From: Longimicrobiales bacterium
Lineage (GTDB): Bacteria; Gemmatimonadota; Gemmatimonadetes; Longimicrobiales; Gaopeijiaceae
DNA: 64,000 nucleotides
Assembly (NCBI GenBank): GCA_963422615.1
Contig: OY730414.1
Coordinates: 2,030,302-2,094,301 of the forward strand
Direction of reading: 5' to 3'
In this document: piece after piece, positions 56,389-64,000 of the stretch
Numbering within the stretch: the stretch's first letter is position 1
Layout: each line of letters starts with the position of its first letter
Notes under the pieces: generated by a model
The model's input: the letters and a program-made list of their open reading frames with translations, nothing else
The model's database searches: none
What the model was told of the DNA's origin: nothing
Made by a program: the position numbers and the translations under genes

Positions 56389-58225
56389 CCTGGGAGAAAT
56401 GCTGTCCGACGGCCGGGTCCACGTCATGGACGGGGCCATGGGGACCATGCTGTACGCCCGGGGGGTCTTCGTGAACGTCTGCTACGACGAGCTCAACGTC
56501 ACCCATCCGGGTTTGGTGGCGCGCGTACACGAGCAGTACGTTCGCGCGGGCGCCGAGATTATCGAGACCAACACCTTCGGGGCGAACCCGGTCAAGCTGT
56601 CGTCGTACGGACTGGAGGATCGAACCGAGGCTCTCAACCGGCGGGCCGCCGAGATCGCCCTGCAAGCCGCGGATGGCGTGGCCGCCGTAGTGGGGGCGGT
56701 GGGACCGCTGGGCGTCCGCCTGGAACCCCTGGGCCCTACGGCGCTGGAGGAGGCCCGGGCGTATTACGGCCGTCAAGTGGACGGGCTGCTGCAGGGTGGG
56801 GTTCACGGCTTCCTGCTGGAGACCTTCTCGGACATTAGCGAGCTGGAGCAGGCGTTTCGGGCAGTCCGGAACCGCACCGACCTACCCGTCGTGGTACAGG
56901 TCACCGTGGGCGAAGACTGCGCCACCAGCTACGGCGCCACGGTGGAACAGGCGGCCCGGGCGGCGGCAGGGTGGGGGGTTCAGGCGGTGGGGATCAACTG
57001 TTCCGTGGGACCGGCCGTCATCCTGGACGGGATCGAGCGCATGGCCCGGGTCACCCCCCTGCCCCTTTCGGCCCTACCCAACGCCGGCCTGCCCCGGGCT
57101 GTCGGAGACCGCAAGATGTACCTTGCCGGCCCCGAGTACATGGCCCAGTACGCCCGTCGCCTCATCGGGGCCGGCGCCCGGATCGTTGGCGGCTGCTGCG
57201 GCACGACCCCGGAGCACATCCGCCGGATCCGGGAGGAAGTCGCCGCCATTCAGCCTCGAACGCCGTCCGTCTCCGTGATCCGGACAGGGCCCGAGAGCTC
57301 GACCCGCAAGCCGGAACCGCCTCTGGAGGCCCGCTCCCGCTTGGGGGAGCGCCTCGCTCGAGGGGACTTCGTCACCTCGGTTCGGATCTTGCCTCCCCGG
57401 GGGTGGGACGCCTCCTCAATTCTGGACGAATGCCGTGCCCTGGCCGCGGCCGGCGTCGATGTGGCCAGCGTCTACGAAGACCGAAACGCGGCCCGGTTGA
57501 GCGCGCTTTCCACGGCCGCCCTCATTGCCCGCGCCGGCGCCATCGAGCCCGTGTTTCACTACACCTGCCGGGATCGGACCCTCTTCGAGATGATCAGCGA
57601 CCTTCTGGGCGCCCGGGCATCGGGGTTGCCCAACATCCTGCTCCTGACCGGTGATCCGCCCGGCGGCGGCCCCTACCCCGACTTCAGGTCGGTCGTGGAC
57701 ATCGACTCCATCGGGCTCACCAACGTCGTCACGGGTCTGAACGCCGGGGTCGACCCCTCCGGGAATGAAATCGGCAACTCCACCGGGTTTGTGGCGGGCG
57801 TGGCCCTCAACCAGGGGGCTCGAAACCGGGAACGGGAACTGGGACGCTTCCGCTGGAAGGTGGAAGCCGGTGCCCACTACGCCATGACCCAGCCGGTATT
57901 CGATGCAGAGCACCTTTTGGATTTTCTCAGGCAGGCCGACGTCCGGATTCCGATCTTGGCCGGCGTTCTTCCGCTCAACGGACCCCGGCAAGCCGAGTTC
58001 CTGCAAAACGAAGTCCCGGGGGTCTACGTCCCGGGAGAGATCGTGGAGCGGATGCGCCGGGCAGGGGCAACCAGCGCCGAACGCGCCTGTGCGGAAGGCA
58101 TGGAGATCGCCCGGGAAGTTGTCCGGGCCCTCCGCCCGGTCTTGGCGGGAATTCACGTGGCAACCCATCAACCGGGCGCGGATCCTGCATTGTCGCTTCT
58201 GGACGCGCTTGGACCGCTTGTCTGA
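56381..58225 (+). CDS. Bifunctional homocysteine S-methyltransferase / MTHFR-like protein (YitJ-like)
   Basis: [18 protein letters not shown] followed by MTHFR-like [17 protein letters not shown]. Confidence 0.9.
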   Translation: MADLGEMLSDGRVHVMDGAMGTMLYARGVFVNVCYDELNVTHPGLVARVHEQYVRAGAEIIETNTFGANPVKLSSYGLEDRTEALNRRAAEIALQAADGVAAVVGAVGPLGVRLEPLGPTALEEARAYYGRQVDGLLQGGVHGFLLETFSDISELEQAFRAVRNRTDLPVVVQVTVGEDCATSYGATVEQAARAAAGWGVQAVGINCSVGPAVILDGIERMARVTPLPLSALPNAGLPRAVGDRKMYLAGPEYMAQYARRLIGAGARIVGGCCGTTPEHIRRIREEVAAIQPRTPSVSVIRTGPESSTRKPEPPLEARSRLGERLARGDFVTSVRILPPRGWDASSILDECRALAAAGVDVASVYEDRNAARLSALSTAALIARAGAIEPVFHYTCRDRTLFEMISDLLGARASGLPNILLLTGDPPGGGPYPDFRSVVDIDSIGLTNVVTGLNAGVDPSGNEIGNSTGFVAGVALNQGARNRERELGRFRWKVEAGAHYAMTQPVFDAEHLLDFLRQADVRIPILAGVLPLNGPRQAEFLQNEVPGVYVPGEIVERMRRAGATSAERACAEGMEIAREVVRALRPVLAGIHVATHQPGADPALSLLDALGPLV

Positions 58226-58233
58226 CCCCCGTT

Positions 58234-58263
58234 GGGCACCCGACGGCCGGGCACCCGACGGCC
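58234..58263. repeat. Perfect 15-bp tandem duplication
   Basis: GGGCACCCGACGGCC x2 in the gap between convergent genes. Confidence 0.8.
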
Positions 58264-58336
58264 CCTCACCGCCTTTGCCGCGCACAGGTCCGGGACGCGC
58301 CTCCCGGCGCTTGATCGGCCGCGCCGTCGGGTTCCT

Positions 58337-59242
58337 CTAGGATCGGGCCCTTTCGTACCCCTGCGACTCCCGCCGAACCCCCGTCGCCTCCACGACCCGC
58401 CGCAGACGCGCAGACGCCCCACGGCTTCCGACGTTGCTCACATAAACCTTTTCCGCGCCGGCGTCCCTCATTCTCCGGATCGTGCGGGCACAGATCTCTT
58501 CCGCAACCGCCCCTGCGCCGAACTCCCGGGTGAGCGCCGCTGCGGGAACCGGAAAAAATCGCCCCAGGCGCTCCAGGGTGCGGGGGTTCGCGCTCCGGTA
58601 GAAGAAGACTCCGTAGACGACGGGCAAGGTGACGCCTAGGCGCGCCAGCTCGGCCTGGAAGCGTTCGACCTGTTCCAGGGAATGATGGGAGACCACCTGG
58701 GTCAGGACGAAGTCGGCAGTAAAGCCCTCGTCCGCAATGAAGCGGGCCTGCTGTTCCGGGTCTCGGTGGGGGTTCGCCCATCCACCCAGAGGCAGGGTCG
58801 GCTGTTCGCGCCGGAGGATCCCGCGAAGATCCTTTCCGTGGGGCACGCACCGGGGCGCCCCCCGGGCCCGGTCTCCCCCTACCACCGCAAGGCCGGCCAC
58901 GCCCAGGCTCGCCGCCCGCTTCGCGAAGAGGCGGCAGTAGGCCAAGGGGTGCTTGCACGTCAGGAAGGGAACCACGGTGCCTAAGCCCACGTCCCCGCCC
59001 AGGTTGGCACCCAGGTGGGCCAAGCTCTCCTCTTCCGCCGCTCCCAAGGCGTCGTCGGTAAGGAGAATGAAGGTGTTCTCTCTCACCAAGCGCTGCATGG
59101 CGTGGTACATGTCGATCCAGACGTTCATGCTGCGGGCGGTGTCCAGGCCGGAGCGAGGAGGCCTGAGTTCGGTGCCGACCAGGGGACCCGGCTCCCCAAG
59201 GCGCTTCATGAGTCCCCGATTCTCCGAAGGGCGGACGGTCAT
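58337..59242 (-). CDS. Stand-alone methylenetetrahydrofolate-reductase-fold protein
   Basis: ELRPPR, LTD, FLTC, VVGGD, ANP, LTQ motifs in MetF order; ATG overlaps the pepP stop. Confidence 0.7.
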   Translation of the reverse strand: MTVRPSENRGLMKRLGEPGPLVGTELRPPRSGLDTARSMNVWIDMYHAMQRLVRENTFILLTDDALGAAEEESLAHLGANLGGDVGLGTVVPFLTCKHPLAYCRLFAKRAASLGVAGLAVVGGDRARGAPRCVPHGKDLRGILRREQPTLPLGGWANPHRDPEQQARFIADEGFTADFVLTQVVSHHSLEQVERFQAELARLGVTLPVVYGVFFYRSANPRTLERLGRFFPVPAAALTREFGAGAVAEEICARTIRRMRDAGAEKVYVSNVGSRGASARLRRVVEATGVRRESQGYERARS

Positions 59243-60552
59243 CGGCGCATCAAGTCTTCCAGCGCCTCCGCATCGGCGGGGAGGTTGCGGGTCAGCACTT
59301 CCGCGCCGTCTTCGGTAATCAGCACGTCGTCCTCGATACGGACGGCCGTCCCCTCCAGCCCGGGAAGCCCAGGGCAGGTTCCCGGGCGAAAGTAGAGACC
59401 GGGCTCGACGGTGAACGCCATTCCAGGGCGAAGCCTCACGGGACCGCCCGGGTCCTCGTAGGCCCCGACATCGTGGGTGTCCAGGCCGAGCCAGTGGGAG
59501 GTCCCATGGGGAAAATAGGGACGGTAGGCCTTCTGCTCCAAAACTTCTTCGACCGTGTCCCGGACCACCCCCAGGGAGACCAACCCCTCCGCAAGGGTTC
59601 GAACGGTCTCTTGGTGGACTTCCGCCAGGGATCCACCCGGTCTGCACACTGCCAAGCCCGCCCCGTGAGCCCGCAGAACGATGTCGTATACCTCCCGCCG
59701 GCTCCCCTCCAGCCGTCCCCCGGCAGGGACGGTTCGAGTGATATCCGCAGCATAGAATTCGTACTCTGCGCCGGCATCCACCAGCACCAGGTCCCCGGGG
59801 CCGATGCGGGAATCGTTGGCTCCGTAATGAAGGGTGCAGCCGTTCACGCCGGCAGCAACGATGGTGGCAAAGGCCGGACCCTTGGCCCCCCTGCGGCGAA
59901 ATCCCCCTTCCATGGCCGCCTCCACCTCCCATTCCCCGACGCCAGGACGAACGGTCGCCAGCGCTTCCCGAAAGGCGGCCATCGAAATGCGGGCGGCCTC
60001 CTTCATGCGAACGATTTCGGAGTGATCCTTGCGGACCCGCAGTTCGTCCAGCACCACCCCGGGATCCGCCACCCCGTGAGCTCCGGCACCGTGTCGGGCC
60101 CGCCTAGCCCGCCCGGCGGCGAGGGCCTCCCGCACAGCCCGATCACAGATTTTCGAAGCGCCCAGGCGGTAGTGGATCCGATCTCCACCGGATAGCAGTC
60201 CGGGCCCCCGGTCGGGAAAATCCCGCAGCAAGTACACGGCGTCCGCGCCGAAGGCGGCTTTCACTTCATCCGCATCCCGCCCAGGACCCGTCCACACCTC
60301 CTGTTTCGGGTCCCGTCCCGGCACGAACAGGACGAACCTGTGCTTCTCGGCAAAACCCCGCAGAAGCGCGATGCAACCGGGGTCGTCCCAACCCGTCGTG
60401 TAGAAGAGCTCCGAATCCGGGCGGTAGCGGTACTCGGAGTCCCCGTTCTTGAACCGGATCGGCGACGCCGGCAAGAGCATGGACCCGTCTTCAAGGCGGG
60501 AAAGCACGGCGTCGCGTCGACTCGCGAAGGGAAGCGGAGGGAGGTCGGTCAT
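59239..60552 (-). CDS. pepP: Xaa-Pro aminopeptidase
   Basis: YRPDSELFY.TG, LHY, DAGAE...YAADITRT, HGTSHWLGLDTHD, TVEPG, RIEDD. Confidence 0.93.
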   Translation of the reverse strand: MTDLPPLPFASRRDAVLSRLEDGSMLLPASPIRFKNGDSEYRYRPDSELFYTTGWDDPGCIALLRGFAEKHRFVLFVPGRDPKQEVWTGPGRDADEVKAAFGADAVYLLRDFPDRGPGLLSGGDRIHYRLGASKICDRAVREALAAGRARRARHGAGAHGVADPGVVLDELRVRKDHSEIVRMKEAARISMAAFREALATVRPGVGEWEVEAAMEGGFRRRGAKGPAFATIVAAGVNGCTLHYGANDSRIGPGDLVLVDAGAEYEFYAADITRTVPAGGRLEGSRREVYDIVLRAHGAGLAVCRPGGSLAEVHQETVRTLAEGLVSLGVVRDTVEEVLEQKAYRPYFPHGTSHWLGLDTHDVGAYEDPGGPVRLRPGMAFTVEPGLYFRPGTCPGLPGLEGTAVRIEDDVLITEDGAEVLTRNLPADAEALEDLMRR

Positions 60553-60582
60553 GGGACGACCCGCAACTCGGGATGAGGTAAG

Positions 60583-62484
60583 ATGCCGTGCAAATGTAGT
60601 CATATCGGGAATCGTCCCGTATACTTCCAGGACAAATCCTCGCAGTGGAGGTGCCCCGTCAGCGGTTCGGCCCACCCGTTCATCATTCCCGTTCGTCTGG
60701 CCACGGCGATCTTCCTTTCCGTGGGGGCTCCGTCTGCCGTTGACGCCCAGGTTCTCCGGGGCCGGCTCGTGGGGGCCGACGACGGCAATGGGATCGGCGG
60801 CGCCATGCTCACGCTGGTGGACCGGAGCGGGCGCATGGCCGAGCGGGTTCTCAGCCGGGACAACGGCGTCTTCGAGGTCCGGGCAGCCGAGCCTGGGGAA
60901 TACCGGTTGAAGGCCGAGCGGATCGGGTACGAGACCACCTTCTCCGATTACGTCCGCTTGGCCGCCGCAGACACCCTGGCGCTCCGGATGGTGGCCCGGG
61001 TGGAGGCTATCTCGTTGCAGGGAATCGAAACGGAGGCGGATCGCCGCTGCCGGGTGCGCCCCGAAGAAGGTCTCGCCGTGACCCGCGTCTGGAACGAAGC
61101 CCGAAAGGCCCTGGCCGCGGCGGCGTGGACCCAGGACCGGGGCATGTACCGCTACGAGATGATGGGGATCACCCGCCAGCTGGACCGGAAGGGCCACACC
61201 GTGATCTCCGAAGACCGAAGCTACCGACAGGGCTACCGCAAGGCCCCGTTCGTGTCTGTGCCGGCCGATGAGCTGATCGAAGGAGGATTTGCCACCTTCT
61301 CGGCCACGGAGTCCGTGTATCGCGCCCCGGACGCGGGGGTTCTCCTGTCCAATCCTTTCCTGGACACCCATTGCTTTCGGCTGAAAAGGGACGAGGACGA
61401 AGCGCCGGGGTTGATCGGTCTCGCCTTCGAACCGGTGCCCGGCCGGCGGGTCGCGGAGATCGCGGGCACGTTGTGGATCGATCCCGTCACATCCCGACTG
61501 AAGTGGCTGGGCTTCCTGTACCGGAATCTGGACATTCCCGATGTGCTCCTCCCCAGCTCTCCCGGGGGCCGAGTCGACTTTCAACATCTCCCCAACGGAA
61601 CCTGGATCGTGAATTCCTGGTGGATCCGGATGCCCCGGGGCGGTTCGGAGATCCAGCCGTTGTCGGGTCGCCTCGTGACCACCCTGCAGGGAGCAACGAT
61701 TCAGGGGGGCGAGGTTCTCAGAGTCCACGGCAACGAAGGGGTGGTCCTCCAGGCCGACACCGGAGGGCGCATTGCCGGCATCGTCTTCGACAGCCTGCAC
61801 GCGGGGCTCCCGGGGGCCCGGGTGTTCATCGCCGGATCCGGGACGGAGACGACGACGGGTCCCGACGGCCGTTTCGAGCTGACGCACCTCGAATCCGGGC
61901 GCTATTCGGTCAACTTCACCCACCCCTACCTGGAGCGCTTCTCGTATCGGGCGGCGCCCTTCGAAGTGGAGGTCGTGGAAGACGCGAAGACCCCGGCCCA
62001 GGTCAACTTCGCCGCGCCAACCCTCGGGCGGGTCATCGCCAGTCTTTGCCGCGACGTCGAGCGCCCCAACGACGCGGCCCCTGCGGGGGGGAGCATCGTC
62101 CGGTCCGCGGGCATTCTCGTGGGACGGGTGACGGACGCGGCGGGCCGCCCCGTTTCCGGGGTTACGGTCGGGGTTTTTTCCAGGGTGTACGACATCAGGA
62201 CGGACCGGGAGACGCCCACCGAAACCACGCGGTTGCGGGAAGGGCGCATCGGAGCGGGAACGACGACCAACGCCCTGGGGTTCTATAGGGCGTGTTGGGT
62301 TCCCGTCGATACTTCATTGGAGGTGGCCATCCTGGGGGACGACGAAGTCTCACGGGACCTTGAGCTTGAAGCCGCGTATACCATGTCCGACCTCATCGCC
62401 AGGCGGAAACGGACGATCATCATCTCGTCTGATCTTCCTTACGAGATCCTGGACCTGCGGATCGAGCGCGGCGAGAAGCCTTGA
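60583..62484 (+). CDS. Secreted protein with multiple carboxypeptidase-regulatory-like (Ig) domains
   Basis: Signal-like segment; repeated GR..D...G...GA.V and G.Y...A..IGY motifs. Confidence 0.75.
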   Translation: MPCKCSHIGNRPVYFQDKSSQWRCPVSGSAHPFIIPVRLATAIFLSVGAPSAVDAQVLRGRLVGADDGNGIGGAMLTLVDRSGRMAERVLSRDNGVFEVRAAEPGEYRLKAERIGYETTFSDYVRLAAADTLALRMVARVEAISLQGIETEADRRCRVRPEEGLAVTRVWNEARKALAAAAWTQDRGMYRYEMMGITRQLDRKGHTVISEDRSYRQGYRKAPFVSVPADELIEGGFATFSATESVYRAPDAGVLLSNPFLDTHCFRLKRDEDEAPGLIGLAFEPVPGRRVAEIAGTLWIDPVTSRLKWLGFLYRNLDIPDVLLPSSPGGRVDFQHLPNGTWIVNSWWIRMPRGGSEIQPLSGRLVTTLQGATIQGGEVLRVHGNEGVVLQADTGGRIAGIVFDSLHAGLPGARVFIAGSGTETTTGPDGRFELTHLESGRYSVNFTHPYLERFSYRAAPFEVEVVEDAKTPAQVNFAAPTLGRVIASLCRDVERPNDAAPAGGSIVRSAGILVGRVTDAAGRPVSGVTVGVFSRVYDIRTDRETPTETTRLREGRIGAGTTTNALGFYRACWVPVDTSLEVAILGDDEVSRDLELEAAYTMSDLIARRKRTIIISSDLPYEILDLRIERGEKP

Positions 62485-64000
62485 ACGCACCCGGCTTCCG
62501 TTGCACCCCGAGTCCAGCGCGGCTCCTGGCCCTCGCGGTGGTCGTCCTCTCGCCCCCTCCGCTCTTCGGGGTCCAGAATGAAGCCCGCGACACGGTGGCC
62601 CTTGCTCCCATCGTCGTGTCGGTGCTGCGGTCCCCCGCCCTTTTGGAGAGCCTCCCCTTTTCCGCTTCCGTCCTCGCAGGACGGAGCCTGAAGGAGGGGA
62701 GCACCGGTCTCTTCATTGAAGAGGCGCTGCACGGCTTGCCCGGGGTGCGGGTGCAGAACCGCTACAATCCGGCCGTGGGGGAGCGCATCTCCATTCGCGG
62801 GTTCGGCGCCCGCTCCCAGTTCGGTATCCGGGGACTCAAGGTCCTCGTAGACGGCATTCCGGCCACCCTGCCCGACGGCCAGTCCACCTTGGATCACCTG
62901 GACATCGGTTCCCTGGGGCGGGTCGAAGCCCTGCGGGGGCCAGCCGCCGCGCTCTACGGGAACGGGGCCGGGGGAGTCCTTCTGTTCCGGAGCACCGAAC
63001 CCTATGAGGGGGCCTATCACCAGGGGGGGACCGTCGTTGTCGGTTCGGACGGCCTGTATCGGATCCAAGCCACGGGTTCGGGCACCGCAGGAGGGCTGGG
63101 ATTTCGGGGGAGCGTGGCCAGGAACCGCTTCGACGGATTCCGGGACAACGACTCGGATTCGGGGGAAAACCCGTACAGCCGAGCAGACCGTACGATCGTC
63201 AACGCCCGGTTGGCGTCCGCCCTGGCCGGCGGCACCTTCGCCTTCCAGATCAGTGGCCTGGAGCTTGACGCTCTCAACCCCGGCTCCCTTCCCGGGGAGC
63301 TCTTCGGCGCCGGGAGCCGGCAGGCCTGGGGGTTCAACGTAGCCCGCCGGACCCGGAAGCATGTGCGGCAGGCCCAGGCAGGGGTCAGCTGGCAGGGGCT
63401 CCTGGGTCATATGGAGGGCATTTTGTCCGCCTACGGGGTCAGGCGCGAACTGGACAATCCCATCCCCACTCAGGTAATCGACCTCACCAGAAACGGCGGG
63501 GGCGTGCGCCTGGTGCTGGCGCACGTGTGGGACGGCGGGACCCGGCTGGACTTCGGACTGGAGGGCGAAATCCAGGATGACGATCGCAAGAACTTCGCGA
63601 ACGAGGACGGGGAGGCCGGCGACCTTGCGCTGAATCAGCAGGAACGGGTGCTAGCCGGCGCGGCGTTCGGCCTGTTTCGCCTTCCCTTGGCGGGTCGGCT
63701 CCACCTTACCGGGGCCCTCCGATTCGACCATTTCAGTTTCCGCGCCGACGACCGCTTCGTCACGATCGACAACCCGGACGACTCGGGAAGCCGGAACTTG
63801 GCCACAATGAGCCCATCCTTGGGTGCCCACCTGGACCTTGGCGATCACGGCCTCTTCGCGTCGGTCGCCCGTTCCTTCGAAACCCCAACGACGACGGAGC
63901 TCGCCAACCGGCCCGATCGGGCGGGTGGCTTCAACCCCGACCTGACGCCGCAGTACGGCTGGACGGTGGACGTAGGGGTCAGGGGCACATGGCGCGGCCT
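62481..64000 (+). CDS. TonB-dependent receptor, YncD/PqqU-like (3'-truncated by window end)
   Basis: Manual translation from TTG overlapping the upstream stop: RYN..GERISIRGFGARSQFGIRGLKVLVDGIPATLPDGQ, VEALRGPAAALYGN, SFETPT..EL. Confidence 0.88.
   Translation, partial: MNAPGFRCTPSPARLLALAVVVLSPPPLFGVQNEARDTVALAPIVVSVLRSPALLESLPFSASVLAGRSLKEGSTGLFIEEALHGLPGVRVQNRYNPAVGERISIRGFGARSQFGIRGLKVLVDGIPATLPDGQSTLDHLDIGSLGRVEALRGPAAALYGNGAGGVLLFRSTEPYEGAYHQGGTVVVGSDGLYRIQATGSGTAGGLGFRGSVARNRFDGFRDNDSDSGENPYSRADRTIVNARLASALAGGTFAFQISGLELDALNPGSLPGELFGAGSRQAWGFNVARRTRKHVRQAQAGVSWQGLLGHMEGILSAYGVRRELDNPIPTQVIDLTRNGGGVRLVLAHVWDGGTRLDFGLEGEIQDDDRKNFANEDGEAGDLALNQQERVLAGAAFGLFRLPLAGRLHLTGALRFDHFSFRADDRFVTIDNPDDSGSRNLATMSPSLGAHLDLGDHGLFASVARSFETPTTTELANRPDRAGGFNPDLTPQYGWTVDVGVRGTWRG

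Noticed and set aside
58234..58263. Tandem 15-mer as CRISPR or mobile-element footprint
   Set aside because: Only two adjacent copies, no spacer and no cas or transposase gene; likely slippage duplication
59239..61923. Apparent 894-aa PepP with long N-terminal extension
   Set aside because: The extension is antisense to the 60583-62484 gene; PepP homology begins near 60552
1..64000. Prophage, IS, integron, CRISPR or defence island
   Set aside because: No integrase, transposase, cas, reverse transcriptase or repeat-spacer array seen; nearly all sequence is explained by housekeeping and envelope genes

Overview
High-GC, gene-dense bacterial chromosome segment made up mostly of core genes. It is most consistent with Gemmatimonadota, inferred from the tmRNA tag (A)ANSDLALAA, a SusC/SusD pair, a T9SS-tail-like protein and the LPS genes. 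Contents in order: start of an Mrp antiporter operon (mnhEFG); envelope genes (lptE, lpxH, lipid kinase, acyltransferase); tRNA-Sec (selC); deoC plus an ALDH16-like dehydrogenase; a VPS10/BNR protein, two lipoproteins and susCD; ridA; hldE kinase; a protease-propeller-Omp85 protein; mlaDFE; a CNNM transporter; lspA; tmRNA; a long minus-strand core cluster (argS, pfkB::purM, ribD/E/BX/H, nusB, GT4, hpf, metK, DUF151, recO, selB, dusB); a methionine cluster (metH, yitJ-like, stand-alone MTHFR-like); pepP; and a truncated TonB-dependent receptor. I saw no mobile element, integrase, CRISPR array or recognisable defence system, and cannot claim a clearly new system. The best leads are an apparent catalytic split between two MTHFR-fold domains, a RibB fused to a Cys-less GTP cyclohydrolase II domain, an in-frame PfkB-PurM fusion, dispersed Sec machinery, the peptidase-Omp85 protein, and a stand-alone T9SS-CTD-like protein. 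All family calls come from motif recognition by eye; no database searches were run.
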